From assembly GCA_035650735.1 (NCBI GenBank), contig DASRGZ010000019.1, forward strand, positions 1 through 55,198: a stretch of 55,198 bases of DNA, read 5' to 3'. Positions within the stretch are counted from its first letter, which is position 1; every line of letters begins with the position of its first letter. Positions 33,114-42,361 of this stretch are shown one piece after another. The notes under the pieces are model-generated. The model was given only the letters and a program-made list of their open reading frames with translations. It was not told the DNA's origin and ran no database searches. The stretch comes from Chthonomonadaceae bacterium (GTDB lineage Bacteria; Armatimonadota; Chthonomonadetes; Chthonomonadales; Chthonomonadaceae). The translations under genes and the position numbers were made by a program.

Positions 33114-33235
33114 CCCATTGCCTGCTGCTTGTTCCTCTCCCGTTTGAGGCACTCGGCCTGGTCTCCCTGGCGTCCGGAGTGCCTGGGTTGGCGGCAGGCG
33201 AAACCCTGCCGCCTCTGTTCTGAGGATAGTTCTTA

Positions 33236-35719
33236 ATGCGCCTGTCGTTGCGTTCACTGATATATGGTTTGTTCTTAAGCTGCCTGCTGGCATTCTCTGC
33301 TCTGTTGCTGAGCGGCTGCGCGGATACGCGCGTGCCTCCCGGCAAAATCAAGCTCGTCGTCTGGGGAATGCAGTACGGCGAGGAGAGCAAGGGGCTGGAG
33401 GCGCGCGTTAAGGAGTTTGAGCGCCGCCATCCCAACATTGTCGTCAGCGTGCTTTCGATGGGCGCGGGCGGCATGAACCCCCAGAAGCTGATGACCGCCA
33501 TTGTCGGCAACGTCCCCCCGGATGTCATCCATCAGGACCGCTTCACCATCGGCGATTGGGCGGCGCGCGATGCCTTCCTGCCACTAGATAATTATATTGC
33601 GCGCGACCAGAAGAAGCCGGACGGCGTCCATCCCGAAGACTTCTACCCGGCCTGCTGGAAAGAGGCCAACTATACCAACCCGCTCACGGGAAAGAAGGGC
33701 GTCTTCGCCATTCCGTCCGGCACGGACGACCGCGCGCTCTTCTACAACAAGGCGCTGTTCCGGGAGGCGGGAATCGTGGATGCGCGCGGCGAGCCAAAGC
33801 CCCCGCAGACCTGGGATGAGCTGCAGGAGGACGCCAAAAAGCTGACCAAGCTTAACCCGGACGGCAGCTTTGACCGCATCGGCTTCATCCCCAACTACGG
33901 CAACTCCTGGCTCTACCTCTACGCCTGGCAGAACGATGGCGAGTTCATGTCCCCGGATGGCCGCACCTGCACCCTGAACGCCAAGCCCAACGTCGAGGCG
34001 CTGGCGTACATGGTCAAGGTCTATGATGCGCTGGGCGGTGTGACCAAGATCGACTCCTTTCAGTCGGGCTTCCAGGCCAATGAGCTCGATCCCTTCCTGA
34101 CCAACAAGATCGCCATGAAGATTGACGGCTCGTGGATTCCGGGCAACATCGCCCGCTTCGGGCCGGATCTGGATTTCGGGGTTGCGCCCGCGCCCGTGCC
34201 CGCCGACCGCCTGAAGGGGATCGGGCGCTTCCAGGGGGATACGGACAGGTTCATCACCTGGGCAGGCGGGTTCTCCTTTGCCATTCCGCGCGGCGCGCAG
34301 CATCCGGAGGAAGCCTGGGAGTTCATCAAGTGGATGGAGAGTCCGGAGGCCGCCCTGATCGATGCCGCCGCGCAGAAAGCCTATAACGAGAGCAAGCATC
34401 GCCCGTATGTGCCGCAGATTTCCGCGAACCGCCGCGCCAACGATGTGGTGTTCGCCCGATTTGCGCCCCAGTCGGAGAAGTTCCGCAAGGCAATGCAGCT
34501 GTTCGTGGGGATGATGGACCACGCCCGGTTCCGTCCGGTGACGTTTGTCGGCCAGCGGCTCTGGGACGAGCACGTCCGCGCCTTCGACAGCGCCACGCAT
34601 CATGTCCTGTCGCCGCAGCAGGCGATGGATGAGGGCACGCAGGTTGTCCAGCGGGAATTAGATAAAGTTTTTCAGGCCAACCGGTTCAAAGTGCTCGATC
34701 CGAAAATCCCGGTCCTCCTTGTCGCCGTGTTCGGCGGTATCGGGCTGGGCTATCTGGTGTGGCGGCTCTACCATATCCTGCGGCTGCGGCGCGTGGCGCG
34801 GCAGGAAGCGGTGGCGGGCTATGTTTTCGCTCTGCCCTGGATATTCGGCTTCCTGGTCTTCACCGCCGGGCCGATCCTGGCCAGCATCTTCCTCAGCTTC
34901 TGCGATTACGACGTGCTGCATCCGGCGCGCTACGTGGGCCTCAACAACTATACCGAGCTGCTGGGCCGGGACAGCTACTACCTGCGGACCTCGCTCTACA
35001 ATGTGGCCTACACAGCGATCATCGGCATTCCGCTTGGCATCGTCACCAGCCTGAGCATCGCCATGCTCCTCAACGCCAAAGTCTACGGCATGAGCCTGTA
35101 CCGGACGTGCTACTATCTGCCCTCAATTGTCCCGGTCGTGGCGAGCGCGGTGCTGTGGGCCTGGGTCTTGAACGGTGATCCGAATCGGGGCCTGCTCAAC
35201 GCGGCATGGAAGGCGACGTTCGGGCAGTGGTTTGGCTGGGGAGCGCCGGGCTGGTTTGGCGCGGCGGAATGGGCCAAGCCCGGCCTGATTCTGCAAGGGC
35301 TCTGGGGCGCGGGCGCGGGCATGATCCTGTGGCTGGCCGGGTTGCAGGGTATCCCCACCCATCTCTATGAGGCTGCCGAGCTCGACGGCGCGGGCTGGTG
35401 GGCCAAATTCCGCAACGTCACCATTCCCATGCTCTCTCCCTATATCTTCTTCAACCTGATCATGGGCACTATTGGCGCGCTCCAGGAGTTCGACCGGGTC
35501 TATGTCCTGAGCGGCGGCGACCCCAGCAAGCCGTTCGGGCCGGTGGACAGCCTGCTGATGCCGGTGGTCTATCTGTTCAAGAACGCTTTCCAGTACTTCA
35601 AGATGGGCTACGCCTCCGCGCTGGCCTGGATTCTGTTCCTTATCATTCTGGCGCTGACGCTGATCCAGATCAAGCTGGCGCCCCGGTGGGTGCATTACGA
35701 AGCCGAACAGAAAAAATGA
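33236..35719 (+). CDS. Fused carbohydrate ABC substrate-binding lipoprotein and permease
   Basis: Lipobox LLSGC and a family-1 SBP region, then transmembrane helices with an EAA loop (LYEAAELDGAG) and MGYASALAW. Confidence 0.92.
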   Translation: MRLSLRSLIYGLFLSCLLAFSALLLSGCADTRVPPGKIKLVVWGMQYGEESKGLEARVKEFERRHPNIVVSVLSMGAGGMNPQKLMTAIVGNVPPDVIHQDRFTIGDWAARDAFLPLDNYIARDQKKPDGVHPEDFYPACWKEANYTNPLTGKKGVFAIPSGTDDRALFYNKALFREAGIVDARGEPKPPQTWDELQEDAKKLTKLNPDGSFDRIGFIPNYGNSWLYLYAWQNDGEFMSPDGRTCTLNAKPNVEALAYMVKVYDALGGVTKIDSFQSGFQANELDPFLTNKIAMKIDGSWIPGNIARFGPDLDFGVAPAPVPADRLKGIGRFQGDTDRFITWAGGFSFAIPRGAQHPEEAWEFIKWMESPEAALIDAAAQKAYNESKHRPYVPQISANRRANDVVFARFAPQSEKFRKAMQLFVGMMDHARFRPVTFVGQRLWDEHVRAFDSATHHVLSPQQAMDEGTQVVQRELDKVFQANRFKVLDPKIPVLLVAVFGGIGLGYLVWRLYHILRLRRVARQEAVAGYVFALPWIFGFLVFTAGPILASIFLSFCDYDVLHPARYVGLNNYTELLGRDSYYLRTSLYNVAYTAIIGIPLGIVTSLSIAMLLNAKVYGMSLYRTCYYLPSIVPVVASAVLWAWVLNGDPNRGLLNAAWKATFGQWFGWGAPGWFGAAEWAKPGLILQGLWGAGAGMILWLAGLQGIPTHLYEAAELDGAGWWAKFRNVTIPMLSPYIFFNLIMGTIGALQEFDRVYVLSGGDPSKPFGPVDSLLMPVVYLFKNAFQYFKMGYASALAWILFLIILALTLIQIKLAPRWVHYEAEQKK

Positions 35720-35744
35720 CAGGCCTGCGGACGGAGGAGACGGA

Positions 35745-36102
35745 GGTTGAAAACATCCGGTACTTGCCGGGCATTGAAAATACCCGGCTAGAGGGCGGCG
35801 TTGCCGCCAACCGTCCTACCGGACGGGAAAACGGGCCTATCGGCAGGTGGCTGCCTTCGTAGAGCGGGAAGAACCTACCGCTACGGAGCGTCCGCCAGGA
35901 TGCCTGGCCGTAGGCTCTCTAGCCGGGGGTTGAAAACCCCCGGCTAGAGGGCGGCTGCGCCGCCGACCGTCCTTCGGACGGAAACTCCTTCGGGACAGGC
36001 GCGTCCGCCAGTCGCAAGGCAAAGGCGCGAGCAAGCGTAGCGCCGTCCCTTGCAGTCGCTTGGCCGTTAGGCCCTGGAGCCGGGTACTTTCCGTGCCCGG
36101 CT
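35745..36102. repeat. Family D multi-hairpin repeats plus a family B copy (36012-36056)
   Basis: GCCGGG..TTGAAAA..CCCGGCTAGAGGGCGGC..GCCGCC.ACCGTCC..GGACGG occurs at ~35766-35825 and ~35922-35981. Confidence 0.75.
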
Positions 36103-36134
36103 GTGGATTCCCACGCCTTGCTGCTTGCGGGCGT

Positions 36135-37472
36135 ATGAAGGATGGTGCGGTGATTGCTTCCGTTCTGGAACCGATTTTCTGGCTGCTTGCAATCTTTCTT
36201 TTCTACCTGAGCCTGGGCGCGGAGATCGTGCTGCTGATCGCCGCCGGGCGGGTGCGCAGCAGCGGCGTGCTGCTCGGAGCGGTGGGCGTTTTGCTGCTCG
36301 GCGTCGCCTTGCTCGTAGCTCTGCCTATGGGCAACCCAACCAGGCTTCTGGTGGCCAGCCTGGCGGCGCTGGCATGTCAGGGGGCGCTGTACCGACTGGG
36401 CCTGCGCCCGAAGATGGACTGGCAAGCGGTCAAGGCCGCCAAAGAGACGGCCCGCCAGACGACGCTGCATCTCATCCTCCTGTCCGGGGCGCTGATCTTC
36501 ATGGTGCCCTTCGCGTGGCTGGTCGTCACCTCTCTGAAAGAGGACAAGGAGATGAGCAAGTTCCCGCCGGTCTGGATACCGACGCAGCAGGTCCGGGTGC
36601 CGGTAGACGGGCAGGAACACGGGCTGGCGGAAACGCGTTACCAGGGAAGCCGGGTCACGGTCGCCGTGATGGAGGAGTATGAGACCGGAGCGCGCAAGGT
36701 GCGAATCCTTGAACCAAGATCGCTTGCGGGTACGTATTTCACGTGTAACAAGGCGCAGCTAACGGAGGTCCGGCACTTCGCGCCGGTCTGGAAGAACTAT
36801 CCGGACGCGCTCAAATTCTTGCCGCCGGAAACCAAGTTTGGGCTGGTATTCTTAGGCAATACGCTGCAAATTTCGCTGTTGACCATCCTGGGCACGCTGC
36901 TTTCGAGCGCGATGGTCGCCTATAGCTTTGCGCGGCTGCGCTGGCCGGGGCGGGACACGCTGTTTCTTGTGCTGCTGGCGACGATGATGCTGCCGGCGGC
37001 AGTGACGATGATGCCGGTGTTCTTGATCTTCCGGTGGCTGGGCTGGGTGGATACGCTCTATCCGCTCTGGGTGCCGGCCTTCTTCGGCAGCGCGTTTAAT
37101 ATCTTCCTGCTGCGGCAGTTCTTCCTGAGCATTCCGACCGAGCTGGAGGACGCCGCCAAGATAGACGGCTGCTCCTACTACGGCATCTTCTGGCGGATCA
37201 TGCTGCCCCAGATCAAGCCCGCGCTGGCGGCGCTGACCATTATGGCGTTCATGGCCTCGTGGAACGACTTTCGCGGCCCGCTTATCTATATCAGCTCGCC
37301 GGAGAAGCAGCCGCTGGCCTACGCGCTGCAGCTGTTTCAGACCGCCCATAGCGGCGAGCCGGGCATGCTGATGGCGGCATCCACACTGGTAATGCTGCCC
37401 GTTCTGGTGCTGTTCTTCTTCACGCAGCGCTACTTTATCCAGGGCATCACCCTGACCGGCATCAAGGGCTGA
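36135..37472 (+). CDS. Carbohydrate ABC transporter permease (MalG-type) with N-terminal extension
   Basis: AYSFARLRWPGRD, ELEDAAKIDG and FFFTQRYFIQGI motifs. Start at 36135 or 36150. Confidence 0.92.
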   Translation: MKDGAVIASVLEPIFWLLAIFLFYLSLGAEIVLLIAAGRVRSSGVLLGAVGVLLLGVALLVALPMGNPTRLLVASLAALACQGALYRLGLRPKMDWQAVKAAKETARQTTLHLILLSGALIFMVPFAWLVVTSLKEDKEMSKFPPVWIPTQQVRVPVDGQEHGLAETRYQGSRVTVAVMEEYETGARKVRILEPRSLAGTYFTCNKAQLTEVRHFAPVWKNYPDALKFLPPETKFGLVFLGNTLQISLLTILGTLLSSAMVAYSFARLRWPGRDTLFLVLLATMMLPAAVTMMPVFLIFRWLGWVDTLYPLWVPAFFGSAFNIFLLRQFFLSIPTELEDAAKIDGCSYYGIFWRIMLPQIKPALAALTIMAFMASWNDFRGPLIYISSPEKQPLAYALQLFQTAHSGEPGMLMAASTLVMLPVLVLFFFTQRYFIQGITLTGIKG

Positions 37473-37497
37473 TGCGCCCATACGGAGGAACAAGATA

Positions 37498-38334
37498 ATG
37501 GAGGCTCCTCCTTCCGCTCCTAGGCCGGAGGTCGGCGCGCGACGCCGCAGACCGCTCAACCTGACGCGAATTAAATCCGGCATCGTCTTCTTTGTGGGGG
37601 CGATCACGGCCGTCGGTAGCGCGCTTACGGGCATCGGGGCGCAGACGGCCTTTGCGCCGATGCTGACCTGGATGCTGGGCTTTACCGCCGAGAAGGCGCA
37701 GGCCACCGCGCTGCGCTATGCCATGCTCACGGCCTTTGCCGCTGCCGTGGGGGCCTATGCGGCGGGAGCGACGCCGGAAGCCTATGTGTCGCGTGCGCTG
37801 CTGCTGGTGATCGGGGCCGTTATTGGGGCGATTCTAGCAGCTCCGATTGGGGTCAGGCCGGGCGTAGCCGCCCAGCGCAAGCAGTTTCTCTCTATCGGGG
37901 TGGCGCTGACGCTGTTTGTCATCGTCCAGACCTCGCATGTCACGCCCTGGGACATTCCTTACTTCGCGGCCTGGAAGGCGTTCTGGCAGTTGGCGCTGCT
38001 GGGCTTTGTGGTGGGCGGATTGACGCAGGTGATGGGGCTGGCAAGCGGCATTCTGATGGTCCCGGCGCTCTACTATCTGGCGGCCTTTTCGCCCATGCAG
38101 GCGGTGGCGCTGACGCAGCTGGTGGTGGCGCTGGCCTCGGTCTTGCCCGCTGCCGCCTATACGCGGCGCGGCCTGGTCGATCCGGTCTACGGCAACTGGG
38201 CGGCGCTGGGCGGCATCCTGGGCGGACTGGGCGGGGGCTTGCTGTTGGCGCACCTCTATCCGAACGTGATCCTCTATCTCTTTGCCCTCTACGGCATGTT
38301 CCTGTGCGCGCGTGAACTGGCAGGCCACGCCTGA
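37498..38334 (+). CDS. TauE/SafE (TSUP) family transporter
   Basis: Two hydrophobic halves with LTGIGA and MGLASGILMVPAL motifs. Confidence 0.8.
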   Translation: MEAPPSAPRPEVGARRRRPLNLTRIKSGIVFFVGAITAVGSALTGIGAQTAFAPMLTWMLGFTAEKAQATALRYAMLTAFAAAVGAYAAGATPEAYVSRALLLVIGAVIGAILAAPIGVRPGVAAQRKQFLSIGVALTLFVIVQTSHVTPWDIPYFAAWKAFWQLALLGFVVGGLTQVMGLASGILMVPALYYLAAFSPMQAVALTQLVVALASVLPAAAYTRRGLVDPVYGNWAALGGILGGLGGGLLLAHLYPNVILYLFALYGMFLCARELAGHA

Positions 38335-38361
38335 GCGCCCTCGCCGCTAAGGTGGAAATAG

Positions 38362-38401
38362 ACCTCACCCCCGGCCCCTCTCCTTCGCAAGGAGAGGGGA
38401 G
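38362..38401. repeat. Family A palindromic element
   Basis: ACCTCACCCCCGGCCCCTCTCCTTCGCAAGGAGAGGGGAG. Confidence 0.8.
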
Positions 38402-38421
38402 AGGCGTTTCCATGCGAGAGG

Positions 38422-38511
38422 GTGCACCCCACGCAGGGAGGGCTGATATGGTGATGGCGCCGCTCCACAACCTCTGGCTCCAGTGCACCCCACGTAGGGA
38501 GGGCTGATATG
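38422..38511 (+). CRISPR. Single-spacer mini-array with divergent type I-E-like repeats
   Basis: GTGCACCCCACG(C/T)AGGGAGGGCTGATATG at 38422-38450 and 38483-38511 (29 nt, one mismatch), separated by a 32-nt spacer. Confidence 0.65.
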
Positions 38512-38557
38512 CAATCGCCGGGCCGAACCGCTTCGTGCCCGGCGATTGCGCTGTTTT
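38511..38557 (+). terminator. Strong hairpin directly after the mini-array
   Basis: 13-bp perfect stem GCAATCGCCGGGC/GCCCGGCGATTGC followed by GCTGTTTT. Confidence 0.5.
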
Positions 38558-38603
38558 GACGCCCGGCAGCGCCGTAGGCCGCTTATTCGGCCCTTTTCCA
38601 GAT

Positions 38604-38632
38604 TTGACAGACATCTATTTAGCGATTATACT
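38604..38632 (+). promoter_or_regulatory. Sigma70-type promoter of ftsY
   Basis: TTGACA-N17-TATACT. Confidence 0.75.
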
Positions 38633-38748
38633 ATACAGGTAGCAGTCCGTATCGCGGCATCCCGTGCGACGACATCCCCGGCGTCGGGCCGGCCGTAACG
38701 GACTCTGCGGCCTCGCGGTACCCGTGCCGCAAGGAGATATTCAAAAGC

Positions 38749-39648
38749 ATGCGATTTGGATTCTTTAAGAAGATCGTCCAGACGGTGGACCAACTGGTGA
38801 CCGGGCGCGGACGGATTGACGAAGAGCTTTTCGAGGAGCTGGAGGCCCAGCTTCTTCAGGCCGATGTCAACGTCCATACCACCCTGGCGGTTTTGCAAGA
38901 CCTGCGCACGGCGGTGCAGGAGGAGCGGATGGCCACCGCCGAGGAGGTTATCGCGCGGCTGAAGTCGAGCCTCCTGGCCGTGCTGGAGAAAGGCGAAGCG
39001 CAGGGCGGAACGGCACTGAAAGTTTCGCCTGCCGAGCCGCCCACGCTCTATCTGATCGTCGGGGTCAACGGCGTGGGCAAGACCACGACCATCGCCAAGC
39101 TGGCCCATAAGCTGCACAAGCAGGGTAAGCGGGTGGTGCTGGCGGCGGGGGATACGTTCCGCGCGGCGGCCATCGATCAACTTGAGATCTGGGCGCGGCG
39201 CACGAATACCGAGATCGTCAAGCATCGCGAGGGCGCCGACCCCTCCGCCGTCGTCTTCGACGCCATCAAAGCCGCACGGGCGCGCGGCGCCGACTACGTC
39301 ATTGCTGATACCGCAGGACGCCTTCATACCCGCGTGAACCTGATGGAGGAGTTGAAGAAGATCTACCGGGTCAGCGAGCGGGAGTTGGGACGCCCGGCGG
39401 ACGAGATCTTGCTGGTGCTGGACGCGACGACAGGGCAGAACGCGATCAGCCAGGCCAAGCAGTTCCTGAACGCCATCCCGATCACGGGGCTGGTGCTGGC
39501 CAAGCTCGACGGCACGGCGCGCGGGGGCATCGTCATTACGCTGGCGGACGAGTTGAAGCTGCCCATCAAGCTGGTCGGCACCGGCGAGAAACCCGATGCG
39601 CTGGAGGAATTTAACCCGGTGGAGTTTGTGGACGGCCTGTTTGCCTGA
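38749..39648 (+). CDS. ftsY: Signal recognition particle receptor FtsY
   Basis: GVNGVGKTTTIAKLA, DTFRAAA, DTAGRLH, DATTGQN and KLDGTARGG motifs. Confidence 0.97.
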   Translation: MRFGFFKKIVQTVDQLVTGRGRIDEELFEELEAQLLQADVNVHTTLAVLQDLRTAVQEERMATAEEVIARLKSSLLAVLEKGEAQGGTALKVSPAEPPTLYLIVGVNGVGKTTTIAKLAHKLHKQGKRVVLAAGDTFRAAAIDQLEIWARRTNTEIVKHREGADPSAVVFDAIKAARARGADYVIADTAGRLHTRVNLMEELKKIYRVSERELGRPADEILLVLDATTGQNAISQAKQFLNAIPITGLVLAKLDGTARGGIVITLADELKLPIKLVGTGEKPDALEEFNPVEFVDGLFA

Positions 39649-39657
39649 GAAAGGACG

Positions 39658-39853
39658 CCCGGCCCTAAAGGACCGGGCTGCGGACGGCAAGCCCGCTAAA
39701 GCGGGCTGCCAGAGGTAGGTGAGCCCCTGAAGGACCCTCTCCAGTAGGAGCGCTTGGGTTATTTTGCCTCTGGTAGAAACCGATCCACCCTGCGTAGCCC
39801 CGTTTACGGGTGGGCTGCCAACAGGCGCCACAGCCGCCCCAGGGAGCGGCTAC
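39658..39853. repeat. Cluster of short GC-rich hairpins (REP-like)
   Basis: CCCGG-CCCTAAAGGA-CCGGG, AGCCCGC-TAAA-GCGGGCT and AGCCGC-CCCAGGGA-GCGGCTAC (GTAG foot on the minus strand). Confidence 0.5.
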
Positions 39854-39874
39854 CCAACTCTGCCTTCTGTTGCT

Positions 39875-40711
39875 ATGTTTCATTTTACGCCGACAACCCC
39901 GGATGTCCGTGTCCATGCCCTGGCCAGCGGCAGCAGCGGCAACGCCATGCTGGTGCAGGCCGGACAGACCAATCTCCTGATTGACGCCGGATTGCCTTTG
40001 CGCACGCTTTCCCCCCTGCTCTCCCGGCGGGGCGTGGGCGTGGCGGATCTGGATGCCATTCTCCTGACCCACGAGCATACGGACCACTCATGTGGGGCCG
40101 GGCCGCTGGCGCGGCGTACCGGCGCGCCCTTGATCGCCAACGCCGCTACGCTCGCTGCCTATGCCGAGCGCGATACCCTGCCGTTTCCCACGCGCGAGCT
40201 GCCGACCGGCGGCGTGGTGGGTATCGGGGCCATTGGCGTGCGCTCCTTTCCCATTCCCCATGATGCCGCCGAGACCGTCGGCTTCGTGCTTACCGTCGGT
40301 GATCAGCGGATCGCTTACGTGACGGATGTGGGAAGCGTAACGTCCGAGGTGCGCGCCGCGCTCTGCGGGGCCACTCTCGCCATTGTCGAGGCCAACCACG
40401 ATATAGATTGGCTTTGGCGCGGCCCCTATACAGAGGAGATGAAGGCGCGTGTCGCTTCGGATACCGGCCATCTATCCAACGTGAGTTGCGCCGATCTGCT
40501 GGCGGAACGGCTGGAAGAGGGCGGGCCGCTCTGCGTCTGGCTGGCCCACCTCTCGCGCGTCAACAATTCGCCCTCTCTGGCTCGCCGCAGCGTGACGGCC
40601 CGCATCGCCGAGCAGACTCGCGTGCCCGTTGCGCTGGAAGTTGCGCTGCGGGATCACCCTAGCGTCTCCTGGCGGGCCGGAACGCGCGCCATTCAGCTCT
40701 CGCTGCTCTAA
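39875..40711 (+). CDS. MBL-fold metallo-hydrolase (YycJ/WalJ-like)
   Basis: LASGSSGNA, LIDAG, THEHTDH, PHDA, EANHD, GHLSN and LAHLS motifs. Confidence 0.9.
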   Translation: MFHFTPTTPDVRVHALASGSSGNAMLVQAGQTNLLIDAGLPLRTLSPLLSRRGVGVADLDAILLTHEHTDHSCGAGPLARRTGAPLIANAATLAAYAERDTLPFPTRELPTGGVVGIGAIGVRSFPIPHDAAETVGFVLTVGDQRIAYVTDVGSVTSEVRAALCGATLAIVEANHDIDWLWRGPYTEEMKARVASDTGHLSNVSCADLLAERLEEGGPLCVWLAHLSRVNNSPSLARRSVTARIAEQTRVPVALEVALRDHPSVSWRAGTRAIQLSLL

Positions 40712-40712
40712 A

Positions 40713-40809
40713 TGGTTCCTCCGATAAATCTGCTGTCCTTTTAGCGGCAGACTAAACCCTGCCGCTGTGGGGCCTACGGCCCGCCGCCCACCTGCGTGGG
40801 CGGGAAAAG
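40713..40809. repeat. Family C element without an insert
   Basis: Colinear with 51323-51512 apart from the B insert. On the minus strand the core reads GTAGGCCCCACAGCGGCAGGGTTTAGTCTGCCGC. Confidence 0.8.
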
Positions 40810-40909
40810 ACGCCGCGAAAGAGAAAAACAGGCCGCTCTGAAGGAACACGCCGACAAAGGCAACACTGCTCCACAAACGACCGTCGGTGTGCGCGAGGGA
40901 AGCGAAACC

Positions 40910-42349
40910 ATGAAGACCGTCGCGGATATTCTTCGATTTCCTCCGGTATGGGTCAATCCGCAGCACCGCATCGAGTCGGCTATCTGGTTAATGCGCGGCC
41001 ACGACGTAGGCTGCCTGCCGGTGCTGGAAGGCTCCGAACTGGTGGGCCTGTTGCTTGACAGGCATATGCTGGGGGTGGATCCCAACCGCACCGTCGCCGA
41101 GGTCATGGAGTGCAATTTCTTCGTCGTCTCCGGGACGATGTCGCTGCGGCAGGCGGCGGAGCTAATGACGCGGGAGCGGATCGGACGCCTGCCCGTCGTG
41201 GATGAGCAGAATCGCTTGATCGGCGTGATCTCCGATGGGGATCTGCTGGCGGAACTAAGTCGGCCTGTCAACCCGATTACGGGCCTGCCGCTTTCGGATA
41301 CGCTTCAGGAGTGGGCCATCGAGCAATTGCGCGGCGGCAAAGAGATTACGGTACTATTCGTAGATGTAGATGATTTCGGGCAGTTCAACAAGCGGTACGG
41401 GCATGTCGTGGGCGACACGGTGCTTCGCAGCGTAGCCAACGGGCTGCGCGCCCTGATCGATCCGCAGATCGACTTGCTGTGCCATTACGGTGGAGATGAG
41501 TTCTGCGTGGCGACGCTGCGCACCGCCGAGCAGACGGCGGCGCTAGGGGAACGGATTCAGTGCGAGGTGGCACAGTTGCGCGTGCCGGCAGCGCGGGAGC
41601 ATGATGTCACGGTGACGGTCGGCCAGCGCGGCGGGCGGCGCACGCGCGAGCGGGAGCATATCCACTATCTGGCAACGCTCAACAATCTCATCAATCTGGC
41701 GAGCCAGGACTGTATGGCCAGGAAGGCCGACAAGCCCCGGCCCATCCTGACGGCCACGACGGAAAAGGTCGGATCTCCTATGCCGTTAGAGCCAGGCTGC
41801 CGGGCAACAGGTGTGGAGGCAGTGGCGTTCGGGCCTCCTGCCGCGCCGGAAGCGCCGCCTGTGCTGCCAGAGAGCACAGAGTGGGGACTGGCGCCGCCCG
41901 GCGAGGCGCTGCCGCTTCGCCTGAGGGCGCTGGAGGTCTCCTGGACCGGAACGACAGCGCACGTCCACGTGGAGTTGGAACAGGGGAGTGATGCCGGCGC
42001 GCGGCGTCAACCCATTTTCGCGCATAGCTATGACAGATCACGCGCCGCCGACCGGGAAGAGGCGCTATCGCTCGTGGCTGAGGCGACATTGATCGCGGTA
42101 CGCCGCGCGCTACCCTCAGATTTCGACGTGCGCCTGGAAGAGACGCGACGCACCGCCTCCCCGGACGGCGAAACGCGAGTCACGGTAGTCGGGCAGCTTG
42201 TAACGGGGGAGGGGACGCATCCGATTACCGGCAGCGCGCCGGTAGAGGGAGATGCGTATCGTGCCGCCGCTGCCGCCGTTCTGGACGCGGTCAACCGCCC
42301 GTTGGAGACGCTCCTGCCGTCCCTCGCCGCGACCGCAGCCCCGCATTGA
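40910..42349 (+). CDS. CBS-pair plus GGDEF diguanylate cyclase with an unrecognised C-terminal region
   Basis: CBS motifs (VGCLPV, IGRLPVVD..LIGVIS), DVDDFGQFNKRYGHVVGD and YGGDEF. Confidence 0.88.
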   Translation: MKTVADILRFPPVWVNPQHRIESAIWLMRGHDVGCLPVLEGSELVGLLLDRHMLGVDPNRTVAEVMECNFFVVSGTMSLRQAAELMTRERIGRLPVVDEQNRLIGVISDGDLLAELSRPVNPITGLPLSDTLQEWAIEQLRGGKEITVLFVDVDDFGQFNKRYGHVVGDTVLRSVANGLRALIDPQIDLLCHYGGDEFCVATLRTAEQTAALGERIQCEVAQLRVPAAREHDVTVTVGQRGGRRTREREHIHYLATLNNLINLASQDCMARKADKPRPILTATTEKVGSPMPLEPGCRATGVEAVAFGPPAAPEAPPVLPESTEWGLAPPGEALPLRLRALEVSWTGTTAHVHVELEQGSDAGARRQPIFAHSYDRSRAADREEALSLVAEATLIAVRRALPSDFDVRLEETRRTASPDGETRVTVVGQLVTGEGTHPITGSAPVEGDAYRAAAAAVLDAVNRPLETLLPSLAATAAPH

Positions 42350-42361
42350 TTTTCACCGCCG

